From Candidatus Campbellbacteria bacterium (GTDB taxonomy: Bacteria; Patescibacteriota; Minisyncoccia; Phycocordibacterales; EsbW-18): a stretch of DNA of 64,000 nucleotides. The DNA lies in NCBI GenBank assembly GCA_024653945.1, contig JANLIT010000002.1:146508-210507 (forward strand). Reading direction: 5' to 3'. The notes below the pieces were generated by a model that was not told the origin of the DNA, made no database searches, and was given only the letters and a program-made list of their open reading frames with translations. A program made the translations under genes and the position numbers. Of the stretch, positions 9,083-18,811 are shown one piece after another (the stretch's first letter is position 1; each line of letters opens with the position of its first letter).

Positions 9083-9471
9083 TTCTCGGCATTGATTACG
9101 GAACAAAACGAGTTGGGGTTGCACTCTCGGATACAAGCGAAACGCTTGCATTTCCGCGAGAGGTTTTGCAAAACACAAAGTCGCTCGTAGCCGACATTGC
9201 CGGCATTGTTGCAAAAGAAAATGCGAACATTATTGTGATCGGTCATTCAACGGATACAAAAGGTAAAGATAACCCTGTCATGATTGCAATTCAGAGTTTT
9301 AAAGAAAAACTTGAGAAGGAAATAAACGTGCCAGTTGTGTTTGAACGTGAGTGGTTTTCTTCACAGGAGGCGACACGATTTACGGGTGCAAATAGTATGA
9401 TAGATGCATCGGCTGCCGCAATTATTTTGCAGAGATTTTTAGATAGAAAGAGGGGGGCACAAAACAGATAA
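9079..9471 (+). CDS. ruvX: Holliday junction resolvase-like / pre-16S rRNA nuclease YqgF
   Basis: 'ILGIDYGTKRVGVALSD', 'IDASAAAIILQRFLD'. Confidence 0.95.
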   Translation: MILGIDYGTKRVGVALSDTSETLAFPREVLQNTKSLVADIAGIVAKENANIIVIGHSTDTKGKDNPVMIAIQSFKEKLEKEINVPVVFEREWFSSQEATRFTGANSMIDASAAAIILQRFLDRKRGAQNR

Positions 9472-9546
9472 CATGTAACTTGAAACAAAATGTGTGGAAT
9501 AATAGTGTTACACGTTACATGCTACGTGTTACATAATTCATAACAT

Positions 9547-9885
9547 ATGATTACCATCGACCAATTAAAAACCGCAGATATTCGTATCGGACAAATTCTT
9601 TCTGCAGAAGAAGTTCCCGAGACAGACAAACTCCTTAGACTTACTGTTTCTTTTGGTGAAGAGACACCACGTCAAATTATTTCTGGAATTAAACAGTACG
9701 TTGCTGATATACAAACACTCGTGGGCAAAAAAACCGCATTTGTAGTAAACCTTGAACCCCGCACCATTAAAGGACTTGAAAGCAACGGCATGTTGTTTGC
9801 TGTCTCGACGGGTGAGGGTGAAGAACGACAGTTTTCTTTCATTGTCCCCGAGAGAGACATACCGCCAGGCGCCCGTTTGGGTTAG
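9547..9885 (+). CDS. Stand-alone tRNA-binding OB-fold (MetRS C-terminal/Trbp111/CsaA family)
   Basis: 'DIRIGQILSAE', 'DKLL', 'RQIISGI', 'NLEPR..GLESNGM'. Confidence 0.9.
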   Translation: MITIDQLKTADIRIGQILSAEEVPETDKLLRLTVSFGEETPRQIISGIKQYVADIQTLVGKKTAFVVNLEPRTIKGLESNGMLFAVSTGEGEERQFSFIVPERDIPPGARLG

Positions 9886-9894
9886 TATTAAGTC

Positions 9895-10995
9895 ATGACA
9901 TTTACGTCACGAGTTCTTTCTCTTTTTCCTACACCGGCGTATCTCTCCATGCTCGCCGCGGGGATTGATGTGTCTGACAACTCGGTGAAGTACATTACCT
10001 TTTCAAAAAGTCGCACACACGGAAGGCGTTTGAGTGGGTATGGGTCAATGCAAATTCCAAAAGGGGTTGTTGTTGGTGGTAAGGTTGTTGATGCAAAAAA
10101 ACTCACAGAAGTACTCTCTCTTTTTCGAGAAAAATATAAGCTACATTTTGTGCGAGCATCGCTTCCTGAAGAAGAGGGATACATTTTTCCATCATACGTT
10201 CCAACTGGTATCACCAAAAAAGAAGTACAAGAAGTTCTTGAATTTAAATTGGCGGAAAATGTGCCACTTACAGCAAGCGAGGCGGTGTTTGATTTTGATA
10301 GTGTTCGTGATGCGTCTCTTTTTGTTGGTCAGCGACTCGTGTCCGTCTCTGCGTACCCTCAAGCAATTGCTCAACAATACGCAGATTTGCTTATTGCATC
10401 TGGACTTGAACCGTTGTCTCTTGAAATAGAGGCACAGGCAATCGCTCGCGCCATTGTCCCCAAAAGTTTTGTGGGTGCATGTATGGTTGTTGATGTTGGA
10501 AGAACAAGGTCTGGAATTTCAGTTGTACGAGGACAGGCCGTTCGTTTTACAGCTACAGTAGATATCGGGGGGGACAACGTAAGTGATGTCATACTCGCAA
10601 CACTTCCCGCCACAACCGAAGAAGACATGGTGCGAATAAAAAATCAGGAAGGATTGCATTTTTCTGGAGATGCAACCATTCGTCAGGGATTTGAAACTTT
10701 TGCAAAGAGTATTGCCACGGAACTTGACCGTTATATTGTGTATTGGCAAACCCACAAGGATATTAAAGATTCTAACGTATCTCACATCCCCATTGAGAGG
10801 GTGTTTCTCTCGGGTGGTAATGCAAATATTGCAGGTCTTCCAGAGTATCTCGCGCACGCGTTACATATACCTGTTGAAATTGGAAATGTATGGACAAATG
10901 CTTTTTCATTGGATGGATATGTTCCAGAAATACCATTCAATGATTCGCTTGGATATGCGTCCGCAATAGGACTTGCGCTTCACGAGCACGAGTAG
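9895..10995 (+). CDS. pilM: Type IV pilus assembly protein PilM
   Basis: 'GIDVSDNSVK', 'VDVGRTRS', 'LSGGNA', 'YASAIGLAL'. Confidence 0.9.
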   Translation: MTFTSRVLSLFPTPAYLSMLAAGIDVSDNSVKYITFSKSRTHGRRLSGYGSMQIPKGVVVGGKVVDAKKLTEVLSLFREKYKLHFVRASLPEEEGYIFPSYVPTGITKKEVQEVLEFKLAENVPLTASEAVFDFDSVRDASLFVGQRLVSVSAYPQAIAQQYADLLIASGLEPLSLEIEAQAIARAIVPKSFVGACMVVDVGRTRSGISVVRGQAVRFTATVDIGGDNVSDVILATLPATTEEDMVRIKNQEGLHFSGDATIRQGFETFAKSIATELDRYIVYWQTHKDIKDSNVSHIPIERVFLSGGNANIAGLPEYLAHALHIPVEIGNVWTNAFSLDGYVPEIPFNDSLGYASAIGLALHEHE

Positions 10996-11059
10996 CACAT
11001 GACAGAATTATCCCACTTTTGATTATCTTTGAGGGAGAAGTGCGCGGTATACTAGAGGT

Positions 11060-11707
11060 GTGGTTAATTTGCTTCCAATAAAAAATCAACACATCGTTGC
11101 GTGGGAGCGTCGCGGGAGGGCTCTCCTTGTCGTTTTGATATTTGCTATTTGTTCATTGATTCTTTTGATATTTTTTCTTGCGCCGTCGCTCATTCTCGCA
11201 CGGTCTGCGGTAGGTGGATTTACAGACCAATTGGTTGCCACAAAAACACTTGTTGATTTACAACGGCGACAAAGTGGTACAGAAGTGTTGACAGACATAC
11301 AAACGCGCTCTGACCTCTTGAAAGATGTGTTATCACAGAGATCTTTGACGTCAATTCTTCAAGAGGTGATGCCACGAATTCCAAATGGGGTTTCTCTTCA
11401 ACAAATAACATACAGTACTCAAAAAAAAGAGATATCAGTAACACTTAAAGGAATTGCACAAACACGAAATGCATTGACGTCTCTCGGCGATTCGTTGCGT
11501 TCATCTCCACTATTCTCACGCGTTGATATTCCTGTTTCAAGTTTGGCACGAAGTGTAGATATTGATTTTACTGTAACACTTTTGTTGGAGATGGCAGGAG
11601 ACGTTGTTGAATACGCGGGGACACCAAGAACGAACGTGCCGTTGCCTGAAATGGGCACAGGGACATCAGCGACAACAGGTGCGCTGATAGAAAAAATAAC
11701 ACCATGA
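11060..11707 (+). CDS. pilN: Type IV pilus assembly protein PilN
   Basis: 'VNLLP' N-terminal motif, TM, 'IPNGVSL', 'GIAQTR'. Confidence 0.8.
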   Translation: MVNLLPIKNQHIVAWERRGRALLVVLIFAICSLILLIFFLAPSLILARSAVGGFTDQLVATKTLVDLQRRQSGTEVLTDIQTRSDLLKDVLSQRSLTSILQEVMPRIPNGVSLQQITYSTQKKEISVTLKGIAQTRNALTSLGDSLRSSPLFSRVDIPVSSLARSVDIDFTVTLLLEMAGDVVEYAGTPRTNVPLPEMGTGTSATTGALIEKITP

Positions 11708-12258
11708 AAAAGGTAACAGAAAAAACGAAACGACGGTACGCTGTGTTTGTGTTTGCCCTTCTTGCGGTAGGTCTTGTTGGTGCATATGTGTGGGCCATTC
11801 TTTTGACCAATCAATACCACAATCAAATCATTCTTACACAAGAAGAACTACTTGTTCAGGTTGAACGCGAACGACGGGTTCGTGACACAGCGGGGGTGAT
11901 TGCTAGTCTCAAAGAAGAGCGTGAAGTTGTAAAAACTTTTTTTAAAACTCCTGACGACGTGATTTCTATTATTGAAGAAATTGAGGGGTTTGGTCGCACC
12001 ATTGGAGCCCTGGTGTCTGTTGTGCAGGTTCAGGTAGATGATGAGGACCCAAAGACGCGTGAAGGAACGTTTGTGGTGAGTATTTTTTCAACAGGTTCGT
12101 GGAAAAAAATGATGAACCTTATAGGACTGCTTGATTCGCTTCCGTATCAAGCAAAAGCAAGCCAAATAACTCTCGACACATCTCAAAAAGAGGGAGGGTC
12201 TACTACCGTTTTACCATGGACCGTTCGAGCGTCGTTATCTATAGTACTTAAAAAATAA
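11704..12258 (+). CDS. PilO-like pilus assembly protein
   Basis: TM plus coiled coil, 'GSW...LDSLPY'; position after pilMN. Confidence 0.6.
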   Translation: MKKVTEKTKRRYAVFVFALLAVGLVGAYVWAILLTNQYHNQIILTQEELLVQVERERRVRDTAGVIASLKEEREVVKTFFKTPDDVISIIEEIEGFGRTIGALVSVVQVQVDDEDPKTREGTFVVSIFSTGSWKKMMNLIGLLDSLPYQAKASQITLDTSQKEGGSTTVLPWTVRASLSIVLKK

Positions 12259-12260
12259 GT

Positions 12261-12578
12261 ATGTCATCACTTCAGACAGTTTGGTTATACATAAAGAAAA
12301 AAGCGCATACGTTTTTTGTTGCACAAACAGCCGCGGGTCTCTGGGTCCGACTTCTGTGTGTTGTAATAGTATTGAACATTTTTGGAATCACACTCTCGCT
12401 TATTTTCTTTTCTCGGATACAAAACATGAATCAATCAATCATTGTGCCAGTTGAGGTTGAACAGGCGGATGATGTTGACCGAGCGAGCGTACAAAAAACC
12501 CTCGAGGCTTTTTCTCGTCGTGTGGTTGAATTTGAATACAGAAAAACAAATGGCGTTTCTATTCCAGAGCCGAAGTAA
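12261..12578 (+). CDS. Hypothetical membrane protein (pil operon)
   Basis: One TM; continues the operon. Confidence 0.6.
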   Translation: MSSLQTVWLYIKKKAHTFFVAQTAAGLWVRLLCVVIVLNIFGITLSLIFFSRIQNMNQSIIVPVEVEQADDVDRASVQKTLEAFSRRVVEFEYRKTNGVSIPEPK

Positions 12579-12686
12579 ACAGAAAATAGTAGCTAGTATG
12601 TGGAGGTTGGTATGTTGGGGTATTAAAATTTTCATAAAAAGTTTGTGAAGGTAAAAGGGAAGTTTTTGTGATAGGGTAGGCGTGTC

Positions 12687-12836
12687 CCTCCTGTATGGAG
12701 TACCATGCGGGAGGTCACTCGGACCACATATAAGCTCGAGCTCCCACGTCCTCGGAATCGAACAAAAAAGAAAACAGGCTTTCTTTTTTGTTCTCTCCTC
12801 GAACGCTACGCTCTATGACTCATGCGTGTCACCCTC
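12687..12836 (+). repeat. ~150-nt structured repeat, copy 2 (5 nt upstream of tRNA-Arg TCT)
   Basis: Homologous to 7816-7964. Confidence 0.85.
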
Positions 12837-12841
12837 ATTTT

Positions 12842-12913
12842 CCTCCCGTAGTTTAATGGATAAAACAGGAGACTTCTAAGCTCTTAATGTAGGTTCGATT
12901 CCTGCCGGGAGGA
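12842..12913 (+). tRNA. tRNA-Arg(TCT)
   Basis: CCTCCCG/CGGGAGG acceptor, loop CTTCTAA (A31-G39 mismatch), GGTTCGATTCC. Confidence 0.88.
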
Positions 12914-12963
12914 CAAGAAAAAGAAGAAGACAGGCAGAAAAAAATATGTATAATTGGTCAGTC

Positions 12964-13036
12964 GGGCGCTTAGCTCAGTTGGTAGAGCAACTCTTTTACA
13001 CAGAGAAGGTCGGGGGTTCGAATCCCTCAGCGCCCA
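12964..13036 (+). tRNA. tRNA-Val(TAC)
   Basis: GGGCGCT/AGCGCCC acceptor, loop TTTACAC, GGTTCGAATCC. Confidence 0.95.
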
Positions 13037-13185
13037 CAAAACAGTGCCTCCGCTACGTATGTAGTGGAGGTTTATGTTTTGTAGAGGCGGTGGGGATTCG
13101 AAGGTCAGAGACAGACGTGTCGAGACGGGGTCGCGGAACTTTTCAACAGAAAAGTATCCGTGACCGAATCCCTCAGCGCCCACCA
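13019..13185 (+). mobile_element. Mini-element bounded by a 19-bp direct repeat of the tRNA-Val 3' end
   Basis: cgaatccctcagcgcccac at 13019-13037 and 13165-13183. Confidence 0.65.
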
Positions 13186-13256
13186 AAAACACCCGAGAGG
13201 GTGTTTTTCTATTTTGGGTATATTAACTTTTTATCTTTAAGGGTCATACTAGGGTC

Positions 13257-13526
13257 ATGAACGAGATAGAGGCAGTTGTAATAGGTAAGGTTCAAAATGT
13301 TGGATTTCGAGAGTTCGTCTCACGACATGCCAACGCACTGTGGCTTCAGGGTTTTGTGCAGAACCAAGGTGTTGGCGAATTGAGGGTGGTTGCGCAAGGG
13401 CCAGAAGATAAACTGGAGCGACTCATAGAACACTTGCACAAAGGTCCGTTTCTTGCACACGTTCGTGATGTACAGGTACTATGGAGAGAACCAACAGAAC
13501 AGTTTACAGAGTTTTCTATAGTGTAA
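13257..13526 (+). CDS. acyP: Acylphosphatase
   Basis: 'GKVQNVGFR', 'GFVQN', 'KGP..AHV'. Confidence 0.93.
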   Translation: MNEIEAVVIGKVQNVGFREFVSRHANALWLQGFVQNQGVGELRVVAQGPEDKLERLIEHLHKGPFLAHVRDVQVLWREPTEQFTEFSIV

Positions 13527-13629
13527 ACTGTAAGCACGAATACCGAATTACAAAAATCGAAACAAGTACGAATATCTTGAATTTCAAAAACAGTTTTTCG
13601 AATTTCGATATTCATATTTCGAATTTACT

Positions 13630-14355
13630 ATGAATATAAAAATTCTCTACGAAGACGATGATGTTGTGTTTATCAACAAGCCCTCTGGTGTGATGGTGCA
13701 CGAAGACGGGCGCGGAAAAGGTCAAACGCTGGTGGATTGGGTTATTGAACACTATCCCGACAGCGCGACGGTGGGTGAGCCACAAATGCTTTCTAACGGC
13801 ATGATGGTAGACCGTCCAGGAATTGTGCATCGTCTTGATGCTGACACATCGGGTGTGCTTGTGATTGCAAAAACAGAAGATGCGTTTGTGCATCTCAAGT
13901 GTGTGTTTCAGGAACGAGAGGCAACAAAAGTGTATCGAGCATTTGTGTACGGAAGCGTGAAAAAAGATACAGATGTCATCAACCGTCCGATTGGAAAAAG
14001 TAGAACTGACCCGCGCCTATGGTCAGCACAGAGAGGAGCTCGAGGTGTAATGCGTGATGCAATTACACACTACGATGTACTGCAGCGGGGAACAGAACAT
14101 TCATACCTTGAACTACGCCCAAAAACAGGACGAACGCACCAAATCCGCGTGCACCTCAAAGCAATCAATCATCCGGTCATTTGTGACCGTTTATACGCAC
14201 CCAAACAAGAAGCAGCGCTCGGCTTTGAACGCCTCGCACTTCATGCATGCTCACTCTCGCTCATGCTTCCATCGGGAACAATCAAGACCGTTGAGGCGCC
14301 CCTTCCTCCTGATTTTGTTCGTGCAGAAAAAATTCTCAAAAAAGAGGGTAAATAG
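13630..14355 (+). CDS. RluA/RluD family pseudouridine synthase
   Basis: 'NKPSG', 'GIVHRLDADTSG', 'KTGRTHQIRVH'. Confidence 0.95.
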   Translation: MNIKILYEDDDVVFINKPSGVMVHEDGRGKGQTLVDWVIEHYPDSATVGEPQMLSNGMMVDRPGIVHRLDADTSGVLVIAKTEDAFVHLKCVFQEREATKVYRAFVYGSVKKDTDVINRPIGKSRTDPRLWSAQRGARGVMRDAITHYDVLQRGTEHSYLELRPKTGRTHQIRVHLKAINHPVICDRLYAPKQEAALGFERLALHACSLSLMLPSGTIKTVEAPLPPDFVRAEKILKKEGK

Positions 14356-14528
14356 AATCTCCCATGACTCTAGTGGTTTTTTACTATGTTTGCACAATAC
14401 CAAACATCGCAAATTCTATAATTCTATAGAATAAGAGTTTTTGATGACTAATCACCAAGCAATAACACGGGTACTTCATTCTTGCCGTTTTTTTAGAGTC
14501 GTGCTAGAGTATGGTTTCTTTACGAAAT

Positions 14529-14966
14529 ATGGCACAAAAAACAACCAAAATATCACCAATAAATATGGACGAACGAAAAGCCCTTCCTCTACGAGCAGGT
14601 GATACAGTTCGTGTCTGGGTAAAAGTTGAAGAAAAGGGAAAAACACGCCTCCAGGCGTTTGAAGGTACGATTCTTGCTCGAAAGGGAGGTACAACGGCGG
14701 GAGCAACATTCACCGTACGACGTGTGTCTGGTGGCTATGGTGTTGAGAAAATCTTCCCTCTCTATTCTCCTGCAATCGATAAAATTGAAATCACTCGCCG
14801 TGTGAAGACACGCCGTGCGAAGTTGTACGATATTCGTGACAAGGCGGCGCGTGAAATTCGCCGACAAATGCGCAAGATGCACACCGTCAACATTTCAACA
14901 GGCACTGCAAAAGATGAAGTAGTAGACGAAGTGGTGGCAGAGGTAGCCGTAGAAGATACAAAATAA
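14529..14966 (+). CDS. rplS: 50S ribosomal protein L19
   Basis: 'GDTVRV', 'RLQAFEG', '[19 protein letters not shown]', 'RRAKLY'. Confidence 0.97.
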   Translation: MAQKTTKISPINMDERKALPLRAGDTVRVWVKVEEKGKTRLQAFEGTILARKGGTTAGATFTVRRVSGGYGVEKIFPLYSPAIDKIEITRRVKTRRAKLYDIRDKAAREIRRQMRKMHTVNISTGTAKDEVVDEVVAEVAVEDTK

Positions 14967-14972
14967 AAAAAG

Positions 14973-15005
14973 AAACAGCCCCGACGTAACGTCGGGGCTG
15001 TTTTT
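14973..15005. terminator. Bidirectional terminator-like hairpin (CCCCGAC..GTCGGGG palindrome family)
   Basis: aaacagccccgacg-taa-cgtcggggctgtttt between convergent rplS and tRNA-Leu. Confidence 0.75.
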
Positions 15006-15012
15006 CGTTCTG

Positions 15013-15096
15013 TGCGCAGGAGAGGATTTGAACCTCCAAGCCCTTGCGGGCGCTACCACCTCAAGGTAGTGCGTCTACCAATTTCGCCACCTGCGC
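15013..15096 (-). tRNA. tRNA-Leu(GAG)
   Basis: GCGCAGG/CCTGCGC acceptor, loop TTGAGGT, variable arm. Confidence 0.95.
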
Positions 15097-15171
15097 GGTG
15101 AGGGCAGTATAAACTAAAGTTGAAAAACAGGGAAGAGAACACAGATTTTGGTTCGGTGCTATTCTACATAT

Positions 15172-16254
15172 ATGCGAGAGACATTTCATAGAGTAAAAGA
15201 TTACTTAGAGCGACACGAACGTCCACTGTCGGCGGTCGCGCTTGTGTTTGGTTTTGTGATGGATTCACTCACACTGAGTCGTATTGATCTTCTCTCAAAC
15301 CAACTCGTTCTTTTTATATATCTCTGTATTGTTGGTTTTTGTATTATTATTCTTGCGTTGCAAGAAACACGAATTGCTGGCCACCCCGTTCTTTTGTGGG
15401 CAGTAACAATAGCACCACTCATCATGCAGATTGTGTTCGGTGGTTTATTCAGTGCGCTTGTTGTTTTTTATTCTCGAAGTGCATCTTTTTCGGCAAGTTG
15501 GCCATTCATTTTGTTTCTTATTGGAATGCTTATCGGTAATGAAACATTTCGTGCGCGATATGAGCGAATGGTGTTTCGTGTGAGTATTTTTTTCATTGCA
15601 CTCCTTTCATTCAGTGTTCTGATTGTTCCTGTGGTTCTTCACTCAATTGGAGTTCTTCCATTTCTACTTAGTGTGTCTGTCAGTATTATTCTTGTGTACT
15701 GTTTTATTTTACTGCTCACTTTTTTTTCTCGAGAGCATGTATACGAAGTTCGACACGTGCTCATGCAGAGTATTGGCATCATTACCATTGTGTACATGAT
15801 TGCCTATATCACCAATATTATTCCTCCTGTGCCACTGGCACTTAAAGATTTTGCCGTAGCACACAGCGTTGTACGTGTTGACGATGGATACCGACTTTCA
15901 GTTGAGCCACATTCACTTTCTGATTACTTCCAATTGTCTGAAATCTACCACAGAACACCTGGTGAGCCGGTGTATATATGGACATCGGTGTTTGCACCAA
16001 CGAAGCTTTCCACGGCAATCGTTCATAACTGGCAGTATAAAGAAGGAAATTCGTGGAAGACGGCAAGCAGAATTTCATTTCCAATTACCGGAGGCAGTGA
16101 TGGGGGATACCGAGGATATTCTATGAAAGAAAATCTGGGAGCGGGTGCGTGGCGCGTGTCTGTGGAAACATCTCGTGGTCAAGTCATTGGACGTGTACGT
16201 TTTGATATTGTTGATGTTGGTGCAACGCAACCCCAACAACTTATTGAGAAATAA
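15172..16254 (+). CDS. Multi-TM protein with C-terminal DUF2914 domain
   Basis: 'IIPPVPLAL', 'VFAPT', 'GG..GYRGYS.K', 'WRVSVET'. Confidence 0.8.
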   Translation: MRETFHRVKDYLERHERPLSAVALVFGFVMDSLTLSRIDLLSNQLVLFIYLCIVGFCIIILALQETRIAGHPVLLWAVTIAPLIMQIVFGGLFSALVVFYSRSASFSASWPFILFLIGMLIGNETFRARYERMVFRVSIFFIALLSFSVLIVPVVLHSIGVLPFLLSVSVSIILVYCFILLLTFFSREHVYEVRHVLMQSIGIITIVYMIAYITNIIPPVPLALKDFAVAHSVVRVDDGYRLSVEPHSLSDYFQLSEIYHRTPGEPVYIWTSVFAPTKLSTAIVHNWQYKEGNSWKTASRISFPITGGSDGGYRGYSMKENLGAGAWRVSVETSRGQVIGRVRFDIVDVGATQPQQLIEK

Positions 16255-16347
16255 TTTTTTTTGTCGCTTTACTGAAGGTTTTTTGGTACAGTATCCCCAC
16301 AACTTGTCTTGAGCGAGCCAGAGCCCGTCCTCGGCGAGTCGAAATAT

Positions 16348-16422
16348 GGTGCCTATAGTTTAGTGGTAAAACTCCGCTCTGTGGCAGCGGTGTCGAGAGT
16401 TCGATTCTCTCTAGGCACCCCA
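16348..16422 (+). tRNA. tRNA-His(GTG)
   Basis: G-1, GTGCCTA/TAGGCAC, loop CTGTGGC, C73, encoded CCA. Confidence 0.95.
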
Positions 16423-16459
16423 ATTAGAGGTAGGTTCTGGTCGAGCAAGGGTTGTGACC

Positions 16460-16888
16460 CTACTGGATAAAGTTTATAAGGTATTTTTTTATCGTTACCC
16501 GGATATTTTGTAACACTTTTTCACGTGACGTCGGACGGCTTTTTGCAATACCAACTGCAAAATTATATAAATCGTTCTGATCCATCTTTATCCATTTATT
16601 ATTGTGTGCTAGAAAAACAAGTAGTGTCATAATAGCGACTCTTTTATTGCCGTTTTGAAATGGATGATTTTTTATCATCAAATAAAACAACATCGTTGAT
16701 TTTTCAACCAACCCTCTATACATATCTTTTTGGTCAAAGCTGGTAAATGGAACATCTAAACAACTTTCAAGCGCGTTGGGAAGACGTGTCCTAAAGTCAG
16801 GTATCGGCTCATCCCATGTCATTAGCTCTTTTGCTAACGCAAAAGCAGTAAATTCCACCTCTGCCATTGTGATAGGTTTTGTTTTCAT
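16460..16888 (-). CDS. Fic/Doc family toxin
   Basis: Fic motif 'HPFQNGNKR'. Confidence 0.92.
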   Translation of the reverse strand: MKTKPITMAEVEFTAFALAKELMTWDEPIPDFRTRLPNALESCLDVPFTSFDQKDMYRGLVEKSTMLFYLMIKNHPFQNGNKRVAIMTLLVFLAHNNKWIKMDQNDLYNFAVGIAKSRPTSREKVLQNIRVTIKKYLINFIQ

Positions 16889-17139
16889 TCCTTGGCCAAT
16901 CTCCTGAATGCTCCTCCGTACTCTTTCACGGCCTTTTTCACTGCCGTTTCAATTTTTTGTTTTCTACTTGAACCAACAGCCTGACCCAACGCTTCCAAAA
17001 GATCTTCGTGGGCGATTACATAATTACGTCCTATTTTTTCGGCCCTTAGTCTTTTACTCTTTATTTTTCTAAAAACCTCCACACGACTTAAGTGCAATAT
17101 TTTTGCTACCTCTGCCGTGGAATAAAATTTTCTGTTCAT
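16885..17139 (-). CDS. Excisionase/MerR-like HTH protein, probable antitoxin
   Basis: 'YSTAEVAKIL..S', 'AEKIGRNY', C-terminal 'YGGAFRRLAKE'; overlaps toxin start. Confidence 0.85.
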   Translation of the reverse strand: MNRKFYSTAEVAKILHLSRVEVFRKIKSKRLRAEKIGRNYVIAHEDLLEALGQAVGSSRKQKIETAVKKAVKEYGGAFRRLAKE

Positions 17140-17140
17140 A

Positions 17141-17170
17141 TTCGTATAGTAACATATGTTACTATACGAA
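17141..17170. promoter_or_regulatory. Perfect 30-bp palindrome, probable autoregulatory operator of the HTH-Fic operon
   Basis: ttcgtatagtaacat|atgttactatacgaa, 1 nt from the antitoxin start codon. Confidence 0.75.
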
Positions 17171-17274
17171 ATAAGGCTTTAAAAAGGGGCTCGTGGGGGA
17201 ATGGGGTCAGACCCCTTTTCCTCATTAGTTCCAGCTCGAGATAGCCACCCCCAAATAGTGGAAGTTAGTGGTTA

Positions 17275-17294
17275 CCTGCCTGCCGGCAGGCAGG
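17275..17294. repeat. 20-bp palindrome CCTGCCTGCCGGCAGGCAGG (copy 1 of 4)
   Basis: Other copies at 20019-20038 (one mismatch), 57524-57543 and 59219-59238. Confidence 0.95.
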
Positions 17295-17363
17295 GATGTT
17301 GGAAGTTGGTGATTTGTCCAAGTACTCTAATTGTAGTTTGAACTGGTATACTTTTGGTATGGT

Positions 17364-18053
17364 ATGGAAGAGCGTTCACACAAAACAAAAACAATTCTCA
17401 TTACGGGAATAGGCAAAGGAATTGGGAAGGCGCTTGCGCAAAAATTTCTCGCGGAAGGAAACCGTGTTATTGGTACAGCACTAACGGGTGCCGTTGATTT
17501 TTCTGATCCAAACCTCTCCGTGTTTCATCTAGATATACGAAGTGAAGAAAGTATAGAGAAATGCGTTGCAGACATTAAAAATACAGGGCATACGATAGAT
17601 ATTCTCATTAATAACATCGGCGTGCTTCTTGATGAAGACGAGACGGTAGTTGTTATGGACAAACTGCGAGGAACGTTAGAAGTAAATCTTATCGGCACGA
17701 TTGGTTTTACTGAAAAAGCCATTTCTCTTTTGTCTGAGGGAGCCCATCTTCTAACCATCACCTCCTCGGCTGGCTCAATCACTCAAGTAGCGACCGAGAG
17801 TCATTTTCCTGGACACTATCCTGCATACAAAATTTCAAAGGCCGCTCTCAATATGTATGTCAAAACACTTTCAGAGAGGTTGAAAGGGAAGGCGATTGTT
17901 TCTGCAGTTCATCCTGGGTGGGTAAAGACCGACATGGGTGGACAAGAGGCCGATGTAACACCGGAAGATGCCGCTGATGGAATCTATACTCTTGCCCTCT
18001 CTCAACCTGAAACAGGACACTTTTGGTTTAGAGACAAAGAATTGCCGTGGTAA
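17364..18053 (+). CDS. Short-chain dehydrogenase/reductase
   Basis: 'ITGIGKGIG', 'INNIG', 'YKISK', 'HPGWVKTDMGG'. Confidence 0.95.
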   Translation: MEERSHKTKTILITGIGKGIGKALAQKFLAEGNRVIGTALTGAVDFSDPNLSVFHLDIRSEESIEKCVADIKNTGHTIDILINNIGVLLDEDETVVVMDKLRGTLEVNLIGTIGFTEKAISLLSEGAHLLTITSSAGSITQVATESHFPGHYPAYKISKAALNMYVKTLSERLKGKAIVSAVHPGWVKTDMGGQEADVTPEDAADGIYTLALSQPETGHFWFRDKELPW

Positions 18054-18064
18054 GTACTTCTGAT

Positions 18065-18694
18065 ATGGAAATAAGAAAACCCGTTTTAAATAAAGGTATT
18101 CTGAAAAAGAAAACTTTTACGAATATTTCCGTGACGGAACTTGAGGGTGTTTTTATTGTTGGTGGTTCTTTAGAAAATCAGAATATTGAAGATATAAAAA
18201 TTGATACCAGCGCCCTAGAAGACATCTCCTTTCAATCCTCAAAAGTAAAAGATATACAATGTATTGATTCAACCCTCACAGGTGCTAACTTTGCCGGAGC
18301 TTCCTTTGAACAAACTTATTTTGAAAGAGTTTTAATAACAAAAAGTCGTTTCCAAGGGACACAGTTTATGGGGTGTGTTGTCCGTGATGTGATGATTGAG
18401 AAATCAAAGTGTGCAGATGTATCATTTAGGTTTGCAAAAATAAAAGATGTGGTTTTTCTTGGTTGTGATTTAGAAAATGCCGACTTCATGGGGGCTAGTA
18501 TGGAGAATGTTGTGTTTAAGGATTGCAGTCTTAGGAATTCATAATTTTCCCAAACAAAATTAAAAAACATTAGTTTTAAAGACGCAGATATTGAAGGAAT
18601 TGTGATAGACAAAAACTCACTCAACAGTATTACTGTCAATACGGGGCAGGCCCTATATCTTGCCACACTATTGGGGTTTAAAATTGAAAATTAG
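18065..18694 (+). pseudogene. Pentapeptide-repeat protein interrupted by an in-frame TAA at 18542-18544
   Basis: Repeats continue in frame after the stop (FSQTKLKNISFKDADIEG...LGFKIEN*). Confidence 0.75.
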
Positions 18695-18811
18695 GTCTAA
18701 AAAATTTATTTTTTTAAAACATTGCTCTTACTGGTAATTAGGAATACTATCCTCACCAGAAGAAATTGTTCCTCGTCAGCTTCACCCCACCACCAACCTA
18801 GGAGACGTGAC

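Noticed and set aside
14356-14510. AT-rich spacer before rplS, possibly a decayed small gene on the minus strand
   Set aside because: Only ~31 codons are open and no family is recognisable.
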